Shown here: piece after piece, positions 34,825 to 44,546 of the stretch
Position numbering within the stretch: the stretch's first letter is position 1
Layout of the letters: each line of letters opens with the position of its first letter
Assembly: GCA_002269645.1 (NCBI GenBank)
Contig: NIVC01004150.1
Span: 1-57,864 of the forward strand
From: Macrostomum lignano
Lineage: Eukaryota
Length of the DNA: 57,864 bases
Direction of reading: 5' to 3'
Notes under the pieces: model-generated
Databases searched by the model: none
What the model was told of the DNA's origin: nothing
What the model saw: only the letters and a program-made list of their open reading frames with translations
Program-made: the position numbers and the translations under genes

Positions 34825-37406
34825 TTAATTATACTGCGAGATATCTACCCGATCGTCAATATCTAATCTTGAAACTGAAAAAGCAACTCATAAAGATATG
34901 TCGTACTTGACAGCTTGCCTGTTTGGCGTAGAATTTTGTCGACCGGCAAAGAACGCTGCTTTGACTGTTGCTGCTGCTTGCGCTGCAGATAGTGCACCGG
35001 ATCCTGCAAACGCGAGCTTCTGAATTGCTCCTTCTGCTGATCACTGCCAGTCAGATTAAAATTGGTATTCGAAGAGTTCGACTGCTGCTTCTGCGGCTGC
35101 TGCAGTTGACTGCCTGCAGAGACGCCTGTAACTGCATGAGAAGCCGTCGGCGATTCGACAGGACCGCCGCCTTGAGCTGCCAGCCCGTTTCGAAGCTCAG
35201 TCAGCATGCGTAGTGCGTCGTCAACAGATCGACCGACTGGCATGTCGTTGATGGTCACCTGGCAGATTGTCTTGTTTCGGTCAATCAGAAAGGTGCCTCT
35301 GTGCAGAAGCGAGTACGAAAGAAATATCGTGTACGAAATATAAAAGGGAAATGTAAGGAATATAGAGTGGAAAATAAGCAATGCTTTCTACTCAATGAGA
35401 TGACTTTTTTGAGTAGACAAACTTTATCTTGCATGTTGGAACTCCATCAAGTAGTGACGGTTATCTAACAGGTTGAGAACTCCAACGAGCAGGGTAAGTA
35501 TAGCTAGGGGGAGGGTAGCCCAGTTGTCCAGCGCGGTGCTCTGATGTGCCAGCGACCTAGGCTCGATTCCAAGTGCAGTCACATTAATTTTTGGGCTAAA
35601 CTGGAATCTTGGTTTGGCTCTGCTCGTGCAATTAACGCCATTAAGGACCAACCTCCCAAGGCGCAGTGAAGTGTACATGCCTAACGATAAATAAAGTTAG
35701 GGCCGCTGTGCAATCCTGTGTGAGTGTGTGCCTGTGCGTATGACTGCGTACGAATCCGCACGCTTGTGTGCCTGCTCAGGGGAGTCGGCGGAATGGGCGG
35801 AATGCCTCTCGCCGGTTGTGTGACAATGTCGCTTGAAGTGCGCCAGGGTGCACACAGCCCCTGCTCTAATAAAATTGTTAAATATTTCTAATGGTCCTTG
35901 CTCTGTGCATGCAAGAATGTTAATGAGATTCAACAGACACTTTCATTTATTTCATTTTGCTCATTTTTCAGTTGGTTTAAATTTGTCTGCACAGTCGATT
36001 GTAACAAGTGGCGCAGCCACATGCATACCTGTAGGCAGCGCCGCTAGCCGCAAGAACACCGTACGCCCTTGAGATCTCGTGCGACCTGTCGCTCAGCAGG
36101 ACGATGGACTCGGCATTGCTGCCGGCTCCCAGGCCCCGTTCAGCTTTTGGCGCCTTCAACCAGGCCAGGTGAGTGTACACCGAGTCAGTGGAGCAGCACA
36201 CAATGTTGCAGCTTTGCGCAGCGAATTCGGAGAACTTTTCCGTGAATTGCACTATTTCGGTTGGGCAGACGAATGTGCTGGAATGTTTAGACATATAGCA
36301 TATACTATTATTAATAATAATATTCAGGCACGTCGCCACCGGATAGGATGGGAGGGGGACATGTCCCCCCCCCGATAAAATCTCTGAGGGGAACATGCCA
36401 ATGCTTTGGCGCCTTCGGCGCTAAAATGAGTGCCTTCGGCGCTAAAATGAGTGCCTGCGGCGCTAAAATAAGTGCCTTCGGCGCTAAAATGAGTGCCTGC
36501 GGCGCTAGAAGGAATGCCTGCGGCGCTAAAAGAAATGCTTGCGGCGTCAAAATGAGTGCCTGCGGCGCCAAAATGAGTGCCAAAATTTAGTGGACATGTG
36601 CATGTTGAATTCTTGGCTTTGTCTCCCGAACATAAAATCCATGGCGACTCCCCTGATAATATTATTATTAAGTGTACACGTCGAGGATGATAATTTTGAT
36701 AGTGTATAATATTAGAAAAAGCAAAAAATAAATAAAATGACAGAAAACATAAATATAAGGTTAGTAAATAAAGACATTTTTTGAGATGATACTGCATGGT
36801 GAACGCACTTTAGGTTCAGTATTATAAAGTCTACACAAAAGTTCCTACGACAGGACATTTGCCACAGGATTCACTCAGAAACACTTAAACTAAAGTTGAA
36901 ATACGTCATTTAATCAGCTGTAGTCTGGCTTGTGGGTGCGCGTGCACTTAGATGTGCACGTCTGGCTGGTTTGGGGGTTGGGGTTTAGCGCTGCAGCGTC
37001 TGCGTGCTTAGGGTGGTACACCCACCCAACTTTGGCATTAAATATATTGGCGTGAGCCAGTGAGGTCTCCTCACGTTTTGTTATTCACTGCAATTCAACC
37101 CACGGTCTTACACAGCAATGATTGTGCATTTATTGGACGCGTTTTAAAGAATGGCCCTTACTCCCCACAAAGTGGTACTTGTACTCCCAATTACTCCATG
37201 TAATTTTAACTGTGTTCTCGGATTTTAATAATTCAAATTGGCACAACTAAGAAGTGAACTTACAAGTCAGCCGGGTAGAACACTAGTACAAGATAATCGG
37301 CACCTTTGAGGGCCTCGTCCAGAGTCAAATCGACAATTTCACCGCGACGAACAGCCTGGCTGAGCAACGGCGGCGCCGTGTCTCCGGGAGCAAGATGTGC
37401 TGGCAT
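34825..37406 (-). CDS. Peroxiredoxin (AhpC/Prx1-type) with peroxidatic Cys but no C-terminal resolving-Cys motif: exons 37406-37264, 36277-36029, 35298-(34920 or 34863), with a possible terminal exon 34875-34825 after a 44-nt GC-AG intron
   Basis: MPAHLAPGDTAP..YLVLVFYPADF|TFVCPTEIVQF..STDSVYTHLAW..LLSDRSHEISRAYGVL..AYR|GTFLID..QVTINDMPVGRSVDDALRML. Phase-2 junctions TT|GTAAGT..CCAG|C and AG|GTATGC..CACAG|A. The 3' end is uncertain. Confidence 0.9.
35507..35695 (+). mobile_element. Second tRNA-derived SINE-like element in peroxiredoxin intron 2
   Basis: GGGGAGGGTAGCCCAGTTG (A box) and GGCTCGATTCC (B box) with tRNA-like spacing but a poor cloverleaf, followed by unique body and an A-rich end. 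Confidence 0.55.
36325..36655. mobile_element. Non-autonomous hAT-type MITE, copy 2, in peroxiredoxin intron 1, with an internal 21-bp tandem expansion
   Basis: TIRs CAGGCACGTCGCCA / TGGCGACTCCCCTG; perfect 8-bp TSD ATAATATT; internal (GGCGCTAAAATGAGTGCCTKC)n of about 8 copies. Confidence 0.88.
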
Positions 37407-38017
37407 GCCTTCCTGATGCAATAAATATGTGTATTAATATCCAAATATTTATATAGTTTTGAATTGCCCAATCTTACTAAGCTAACAGCGCTTTGACTGG
37501 CACCCAAAATGACATCCTATTTGTCTATTTGTCTTAATTGAAAACGAGAGAGAAGATTAATTAGTACAAATAGTATGACCATGGCCACAGACAGAATGTT
37601 AGCGTTCCAAAGCGTGTGTACTCAGCCAAGCAAAATGCCAACATCTCTGCTCTACCCGATCTTACACTGCGGCGAGCCTCTCTGACCCGCAGAAGTTGCA
37701 GAAGACTGCGGACTCCATGTCTACAGATTACTCAAGTTTGAAAGTTGGTGAAGGTCTTAAGATCCCAAACCCCAATATTTTTAATAAAATTATTGATACT
37801 TCAAATGAAACGTGAATTACAGAAGTATTCGGAACCTAAATTTAATGGCATCTAGATTAGAATGATCTGCAATTTGGCATCCGGGATCCAAATTCAAAAC
37901 GCCAAAATTAAACTTGATGCGTCGTAAAACACGTTACGCTATGGCACAAAAAACCTAATTCCAACCAATTGTATTTATTTTAAGTACTACAAATTATCTA
38001 TATATCTACTCGTACAT

Positions 38018-38612
38018 GGGGTCTACGACAAGTGACCGCCACAATTTGACCGCCGACAATTTCGCCACTGGCAGTTTCACTGCCGGATTTTTGGGACCAA
38101 CAATTTGATCGCCCTACATGTATTTTCATTTATATTCATTGACATTTTGAATTGTCAAAATGTTATTAACTACCTCTTGCTGGTTCAATGCATTTTGCCC
38201 TAGCCCCTAAGCCAAATAATTAAAAAAGATCTGATGCTCAGAAAAGGCAACAAATTATACTTCATTTTCAATTGACGGCACTTCAACATTGAAACTCTAC
38301 AGTCTATTTGTAAGTTTTACAGTTTACAGTATAATTCTAAGGAATGGGATCTAAGAAATATTCTACCAGAAAATGTTCTGGTAGAACAAAATATCTTCCT
38401 CGAGAAACCCTTCCTTTGAGTATAGTATAGTCATTATGCAGTTTTTAAACTATCTAGAAATGTCACTTCCTCAAAAAGTCTCAAGTACATAATAACAGCT
38501 AGCATGTTCACAGTTTTAAAGAATGACCAACCTCGCCGCAGAAAATAGGACGATCAAACTTCTGGGGTCCCAAATATTCCGGTCAAATTGTGGAGGTCAA
38601 TTGCTGGTCTCC
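38018..38612. mobile_element. Degenerate element with long TIRs (Mutator-like MITE)
   Basis: Left GACCGCCACAATTTGACCG..TTTGGGACC..TTTGATCGCCCT matches the reverse complement of right AGGACGATCAAA..GGTCCCAAAT..CGGTCAAATTGTGGAGGTC. No clean TSD, so the superfamily is tentative. Confidence 0.55.
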
Positions 38613-38639
38613 ATCTACATTTGTCATGGATTCGTCTTT

Positions 38640-39620
38640 TATAAAGAAACTTCTGACATCACGATTCCGAATAAGTCAGTGCTCAGAATTTTCGACGGGA
38701 CATCAAGAGTTCGGGAGGGAGCTGATTCTGGATTCGACAAGATCTGGATCTTGAAATCTCGAAAACTTCTAAAGATTCAAGAAGACTTCTTATCTTCTAC
38801 TTGAAGTCTGCCCTACTTGCCTTGGGGAATCGCCGTTCCTCAGCCATGTACATATCAGTAGCGCCAGCTAAATTTGCATTGCTACTTCACTCGTTAATAT
38901 CAAGTTGTTTAAACCACTTAGATGCCTCCAACAAGGTGTCCTTAAGGTGGATCCACGAACACTTGGGCGACCCCGGCAACGAGTTGGCCCATCGCCGATA
39001 CTAGTGAAGACTGGCTCGACCAGGCCTTTTACTGGCCCCCTGCACTTGGCCCTTTTGTCACCACTCGGATCAACCAGTGGGTGGCTTCAAAGCACAGGGA
39101 GAGGTGGGCTAACGCCCCCCGACTACCGGCAATCCCGCGCGGCTGTCCCATGTACTTCCCCCTCCCTCCGCAGGGCCCTGCTTGGACGCAACCGCAGGGA
39201 CGTCAGGGAGGTGACCATGGCCTGGCCTTTTTTGCCAGGCATCGCTACCTCCAGGGATGCCCTTTTTACCTCTCCGGTGTCGAGAATGCGGAGCACTTCA
39301 TCTGTGAATGCCCTGCCTTTACTCAGGACAGGCTCACTTACCTCGGCAAAAACCCGGACCTCTCCGACGTTTTCAGGCCCGAGAATCTCTGCCAGCTCGT
39401 CCGCTACCTAAGGGCTACCGGGCAATAGATCATCAACCTCCTGGACTCTCCAGAGAGGGACCACGCTGCGTAGACCGGCACCACCGGTCTCCCTGCGTGT
39501 CGCCCTGCGTGGATCTCCCTGTGTGACACCCTGTACCAGCTGCTCGTGGCCGCCAGGGGTTGGCGGGAGCTAAGTCAATAAATTTGTTTAGGCCTTTGTG
39601 CCGCGCTATAAACCCCAACT
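38640..39620 (+). mobile_element. 5'-truncated, decayed non-LTR retrotransposon (I/Loa/Nimb-type): RNase H + C-terminal Cys/His knuckle + 3' UTR
   Basis: [29 protein letters not shown] (RNase H W-x3-H..GNE motif); [26 protein letters not shown] (CCHC-type end of ORF2); several stops and frameshifts. Confidence 0.8.
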
Positions 39621-40467
39621 GAATTTCATTTGGAAAATCACGTCGCGTAAAAATTCTGAAAGCTATTCAATTTGACTAACATGTAGTGTGAGCATCTTTT
39701 GCGTGTATTTGTTAGTTAATTGATTGTATTAGTTTCTATATTGTTAATTATTATTTTGCTTCAATTTAGTCACGCGGTCTAATGTACTTTTTTTCTTGTT
39801 AGTTAAAATCTAAATTTGTAAACAGGTTAGAAGTCAGACGCCAATTCTGTGACTCAGCGGAGGGTTGAGTTTTTCTGCGAACCCCAGCTTTGCGCGGCAA
39901 GCCAATCAGAACCGGCCTGGACCCTGGCACGCGGCAAAATCCAAGTCTACCCGGCGCCGCGGGCACAGTGCAAATCAGCTTAGCGGGCGGCCGGCCAGAC
40001 GACCACCACCCGGCTTGAGGGGGGTGGTTTGAGGGTTTGACTCTGACTATATATGAAAGTGTGTTTGGCAATCGGATCTCACTTTTCCTTTTCCCTTTCT
40101 CGCTTCTGTTTTTCCGTCCCCGGTCTTGATTTTTGTCCCGGCTTTCCGGCCGCTTGCCCTTGTTTTGGTTCGCGCTTTGAGGCGTTTGAGTTCATCACCC
40201 CCGGTCCATATTTTTGTCCCCGCCCGACCGCTTCAGTCTTGTAGCGTAACGTCTACGGCAAACTTCTGTCTGAAGTCGTCGCTATCAAGCGCGGTTAGAT
40301 AGAGACTGTCGGATTTGACCAAGTACGAGATCTCGGCGTCCTTGCTCTTGGTGGCCGCCGTCAACTTGTGAAGCAGCAGTTAGATTAATCTCCTAAGCTA
40401 TGACATTCTTGTATTTCATACTGTCTGACAAGAGAATAAGTGTAAAAAGCAGAAAATAAGAATGCAA

Positions 40468-40572
40468 TTTTCGCGCCCATGGTTCCACAAAATTTCGCGC
40501 CAGACCCCCAGGATTCGCGCATTCGCGCCATTTTCGCGCCTGGCGCGAATTCGCGCCTGAATCACACCACTG
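40468..40572. mobile_element. DNA-transposon terminus with clustered TTCGCGC subterminal motifs
   Basis: Ends in GAATCACACCACTG (reverse complement CAGTG..., a hAT-like terminus); 7 TTCGCGC copies in about 95 bp; the other end was not found. Confidence 0.5.
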
Positions 40573-40830
40573 ATTGAGTCATCAAAGGCTGCTATGACAG
40601 AAAAGTGGAATGCTGTGTCACTAGCCTATATCCGCAACACTTGCAGAACTTTCCAAAGATGCCTTCAGAGAGCCATTGAAGCTTGAGGTGGCTACTTTGA
40701 GTAATATTAACTACTGCAAGTCATGAACACATGCAAAAGGTTTTAGTAGCCAAAAATATACAAACTGAATAATAATACTTTTTATGTTGCTTCTAATTTA
40801 CTGAAAAGACTTTTGCAACACCCACTCGTA
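40573..40830 (+). mobile_element. Tc1/mariner 3' relic (transposase C-terminus + TIR)
   Basis: KAAMTEKWNAVSLAYIRNTCRTFQRCLQRAIEA*GGYFE* matches the W..i....i...c..f..Rl.avi.a.Gg.fE C-terminal motif; ends CTTTTGCAACACCCACTCG|TA. Confidence 0.75.
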
Positions 40831-42216
40831 CGTGGCCTCGATCCTGAGGGCCTCAGTGTCACACTGAAGGGCAGTGCTGATAGAATTTAGTCAGTGCTCC
40901 GTTGAACGGTCAATTCGGCAGGGCTCTCGTTGAGTGTAGGTTCTGGTTTAGGCCAGGGGTTAGGAGTCTTCTCCGTGGTCGTGTTCGGTTTTTCTTCTTC
41001 AAGCTGAGATCTGCTTGCCATTGCGTAACTAAGTTATTATTAATCGTTTGTCTCGTTATCATTTTCCGCTATTATCAGTTCGAAATTATCTGCGCCGCGA
41101 ATTGCATTGAAGCTTGTAACTTGAAGTAATCAAATTAAATCGTCTAGCCAATTATCAGTCTGTATCATATAGGATTATCACTCTCTAAATCTATTCGGTT
41201 CGTGTTCATCTGCGTTCTTCCTTTCCTTGTGCCGTACTGTGACTGTTGGAGAAAGACTGGTAGGACTCGCCGACCGGCGATAGGCAATTAGGGCCAATAG
41301 CTTTAAAATCTCCGAACGCTCCAAGTAGGTTTGTCTAGGGCCTAAATAATTGCTTATCGTGCATGCTATATACATTTATTGTATCTATCACAAACAGTAG
41401 ACTAGAGCAAAAATATCATGCGAGCGTAGTTTTTCTAACATTTAAAACCGGGAGATTGTGCACAATCATTATGCATGGAAATTTGGTTTGTAATTTTTTA
41501 TTTTTTTCTGCGGGAGATTTTGCTGTCACGTCAATGATCGCATCAGCAATCCCATTTGGCAGATTTTAAAAGTGCGGGTTCTTTTAGGTCTCAGGGCCCG
41601 AAATCTATCTGAAAATCTGCCGTAGATACCAACAGTAGAACAACAGTTTTTGTTCTCAAGAAATAAAAAAATGCATCGAATGTGCATTATTCTTAAAACG
41701 ATTTGTGTACATTATTTTAGTACATGTTTATTGTAAACATCCTTAAATTTAAAAATGAAATATTGCGTATTTGACTAAGTTAAAACGTTTGAATCATTGT
41801 TATAATAATCGTAAATACCTCTGACTTACACAGTATAACCCTAATCTGTGTAACTATTGCTACTCGCACAATTCAAACTATGCGTGCTATTTGTCCATAT
41901 ACTAAAATGGTTTGTCGGCATCTATGACTGTCGGTATGTGATCGATTTCAGAAAGAACGACTCAACCGATATTCTTCGAACTTGCACCATTCGGTCAAAC
42001 ATTTTCCCGTGCCGGTACATGTGTCTTGGCTATTTGTTTGAACAAAAGATTCTCCTCAAAGAAATTGTGCGGAGGCAGTTCAGAGGCAGTCACAACATTC
42101 CAACTGACTGCGAAATCACTAGAACGCATATACACGAGTGAATTAATTGTGAGTAGGAGTAAATAAATAAGCGTATATTTCAGTCAAAAACAGCTCAGTC
42201 ACGAAATCATGGAAAT

Positions 42217-44490
42217 CTAGCTGCTGTTCTCCAGCCACTCCAGAACCTTCACCAGCAGATCCCTGGCAATGCCAGAAGCCTCCTGCACCAGCCTCTTGGC
42301 CAGCTCGATAGCAGCCTGCTTGCCGTGCTCAGCCAGCTCCCTCAGGATAGCCTTGACCTGCTCCATGTCGATACCGATGATGTCCAGGATGTAGGCATTG
42401 CGGTTCTCCAGCCACTGAAGGACCTTGATGAGGACGTCCCTCAGTTCTCCTTCGGCATCCTGCAGGAGCTTTTTAGTCAGCCTGATGGCGGCCTCCTTTC
42501 CGGCGTTAGCCAGCTCCCTCAGGATAGCCTTGACCTCATCAATGTCAATATCGATGTTGTCCAGGATGTAGGCGTCGTCGTTGCGGTTCTCCAGCCACTC
42601 GAGGACACGGATGAGGATGTCCTTCAGAGCTCCCTGGGCCTCCTGCAGCAGTCTCTTGGCCAGCTCGATAGCGGCCTGCTTGCCGTGCTCAGCCAGCTCC
42701 CTCAGGATGGCCTTGACCTGCTCGATGTCGATACCGATGATGTCCAGGATATAGGCAGACCTCTGACGCTCCAGGATCTCGAGCACCTTGATGAGGATGT
42801 CCTTAAGAGCTCCTTGGGCTTCCTCCAGCATCCTCTTGGCCAGCTCGATAGCGGCCTGCTTGCCGTGCTGAGCGAGCTCCCTCAGGATAGCCTTGACCTC
42901 CTCCACGTCGATGCCGATCAGGTCCAGGATGAAAGCGTCGTCGTTGCGGTTCTCCAGCCACTCCAGAACCTTCACCAGTAGATCCTTGGCAATGCCAGAA
43001 GCCTCCTGCACCAGCCTCTTGGCCAGCTCGATAGCGGCCTGCTTGCCGTGCTCAGCCAGCTCCCTCAGGATAGCCTTGACCTGCTCGAGGTCGATACCGA
43101 TGATGTCCAGGATGTAGGCGTCGTCGTTGCGGTTCTCCAGCCACTCCAGAACCTTCACCAGCAGATCCTTGGCGATGCCAGAAGCTTCCTGCAGCAGTCT
43201 CTTGGCCAGCTCGATAGCGGCCTGCTTGCCGTGCTCAGCCAGCTCTCTCAGGATAGCCTTGACCTGCTCCATGTCGATGCCAATGATGTCCAGGATGTAG
43301 GCGGACCTCTGACGCTCCAGGATCTCGAGCACCTTGATGAGGATGTCCTTCAGAGCTCCTTGAGCGTGCTCCAACATCCTCTTGGCCAGCTGGATAGCGG
43401 CGTCCATACCGTTCTGAGCGAGCTCCCTCAGGATGGCCTTGACCTCCTCGACGTCAATGCCGATCAGGTCGAGAATGAACGCGTCGTCATTGCGGTTCTC
43501 CAGCCACTCGAGGACACGGATGAGGATGTCCTTCAGAGCTCCCTGGGCCTCCTGCAGCAGTCTCTTGGCCAGCTCGATAGCGGCCTGCTTGCCGTGCTCA
43601 GCCAGCTCCCTCAGGATGGCCTTGACCTGCTCGATGTCGATACCGATGATGTCCAGGATATAGGCAGACCTCTGACGCTCCAGGATCTCGAGCACCTTGA
43701 TGAGGATGTCCTTAAGAGCTCCTTGGGCTTCCTCCAGCATCCTCTTGGCCAGCTCGATAGCGGCCTGCTTGCCGTGCTGAGCGAGCTCCCTCAGGATAGC
43801 CTTGACCTCCTCCACGTCGATGCCGATCAGGTCCAGGATGAAAGCGTCGTCGTTGCGGTTCTCCAGCCACTCCAGAACCTTCACCAGTAGATCCTTGGCA
43901 ATGCCAGAAGCCTCCTGCACCAGCCTCTTGGCCAGCTCGATAGCGGCCTGCTTGCCGTGCTCAGCCAGCTCCCTCAGGATAGCCTTGACCTGCTCGAGGT
44001 CGATACCGATGATGTCCAGGATGTAGGCGTCGTCGTTGCGGTTCTCCAGCCACTCCAGAACCTTTACCAGCAGATCCTTGGCGATGCCAGAAGCCTCCTG
44101 CACCAGCCTCTTGGCCAGCTCGATAGCGGCCTGCTTGCCGTGCTCAGCCAGCTCCCTCAGGATGGCCTTGACCTGCTCCATGTCGATACCGATGATGTCC
44201 AGGATGTAGGCGGACTTCTGACGCTCCAGAATTTCGAGGACCTTGATGAGGATGTCCTTCAGGGCTCCTTGAGCGTGTTCCAACATCCTCTTGGCCAGCT
44301 CGATAGCGGCGTCCATACCGTTCTGAGCGAGCTCCCTCAGGATAGCCTTGACCTCCTCCACGTCGATGCCGATCAGATCCAGGATGAAGGCGTCATCCTG
44401 CAGTTCACCCTTCGCTACCTCCTGCAGAGGAGCGGCCTGGGCAAAGGCGAATGCCAAAGAGGCGAGTCCTAGTAGAATCCAAAGCTTCAT
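42217..44490 (-). CDS. Secreted tandem-repeat polyprotein 2 (757 aa, intronless), paralogue of 26602-29808, with 12 helical units
   Basis: Uninterrupted 2274-nt ORF starting MKLWILLGLASLAFAFAQA; same units and linkers as polyprotein 1, ordered (A-B-B-A-C)x2-D-B. Confidence 0.92.
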   Translation of the reverse strand: MKLWILLGLASLAFAFAQAAPLQEVAKGELQDDAFILDLIGIDVEEVKAILRELAQNGMDAAIELAKRMLEHAQGALKDILIKVLEILERQKSAYILDIIGIDMEQVKAILRELAEHGKQAAIELAKRLVQEASGIAKDLLVKVLEWLENRNDDAYILDIIGIDLEQVKAILRELAEHGKQAAIELAKRLVQEASGIAKDLLVKVLEWLENRNDDAFILDLIGIDVEEVKAILRELAQHGKQAAIELAKRMLEEAQGALKDILIKVLEILERQRSAYILDIIGIDIEQVKAILRELAEHGKQAAIELAKRLLQEAQGALKDILIRVLEWLENRNDDAFILDLIGIDVEEVKAILRELAQNGMDAAIQLAKRMLEHAQGALKDILIKVLEILERQRSAYILDIIGIDMEQVKAILRELAEHGKQAAIELAKRLLQEASGIAKDLLVKVLEWLENRNDDAYILDIIGIDLEQVKAILRELAEHGKQAAIELAKRLVQEASGIAKDLLVKVLEWLENRNDDAFILDLIGIDVEEVKAILRELAQHGKQAAIELAKRMLEEAQGALKDILIKVLEILERQRSAYILDIIGIDIEQVKAILRELAEHGKQAAIELAKRLLQEAQGALKDILIRVLEWLENRNDDAYILDNIDIDIDEVKAILRELANAGKEAAIRLTKKLLQDAEGELRDVLIKVLQWLENRNAYILDIIGIDMEQVKAILRELAEHGKQAAIELAKRLVQEASGIARDLLVKVLEWLENSS

Positions 44491-44539
44491 GTTTGAAGTT
44501 TTCAAGTCGAGTGATGAGTCGTTTACGAAATTTGGTCCG

Positions 44540-44546
44540 TATATAT
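44540..44546 (-). promoter_or_regulatory. Probable TATA element (CATATATA) of polyprotein 2
   Basis: Same distance from the ATG (about 50 nt) as the TATA box of polyprotein 1, with an Inr-like ACTCATC about 25 nt downstream; the flanking sequence is otherwise unalignable. Confidence 0.5.

Noticed and set aside
35507-35585. Functional tRNA gene
   Set aside because: A/B boxes are present but the acceptor and anticodon stems do not pair well, and there is no nearby poly-T terminator; treated as a SINE head.
40886-41032. Short minus-strand ORFs (MASRSQLEEEKP.. here, and LLHKLTAATKSKDAE.. at about 40240-40380)
   Set aside because: Under 50 aa, no recognisable motif, and embedded among TE relics.
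26710-44472. Long + strand ORFs antisense to the polyprotein genes (e.g. 27817-29208, 43048-43890)
   Set aside because: They are shadows of the strong G/C third-position bias and the repeats; no independent start or signal.
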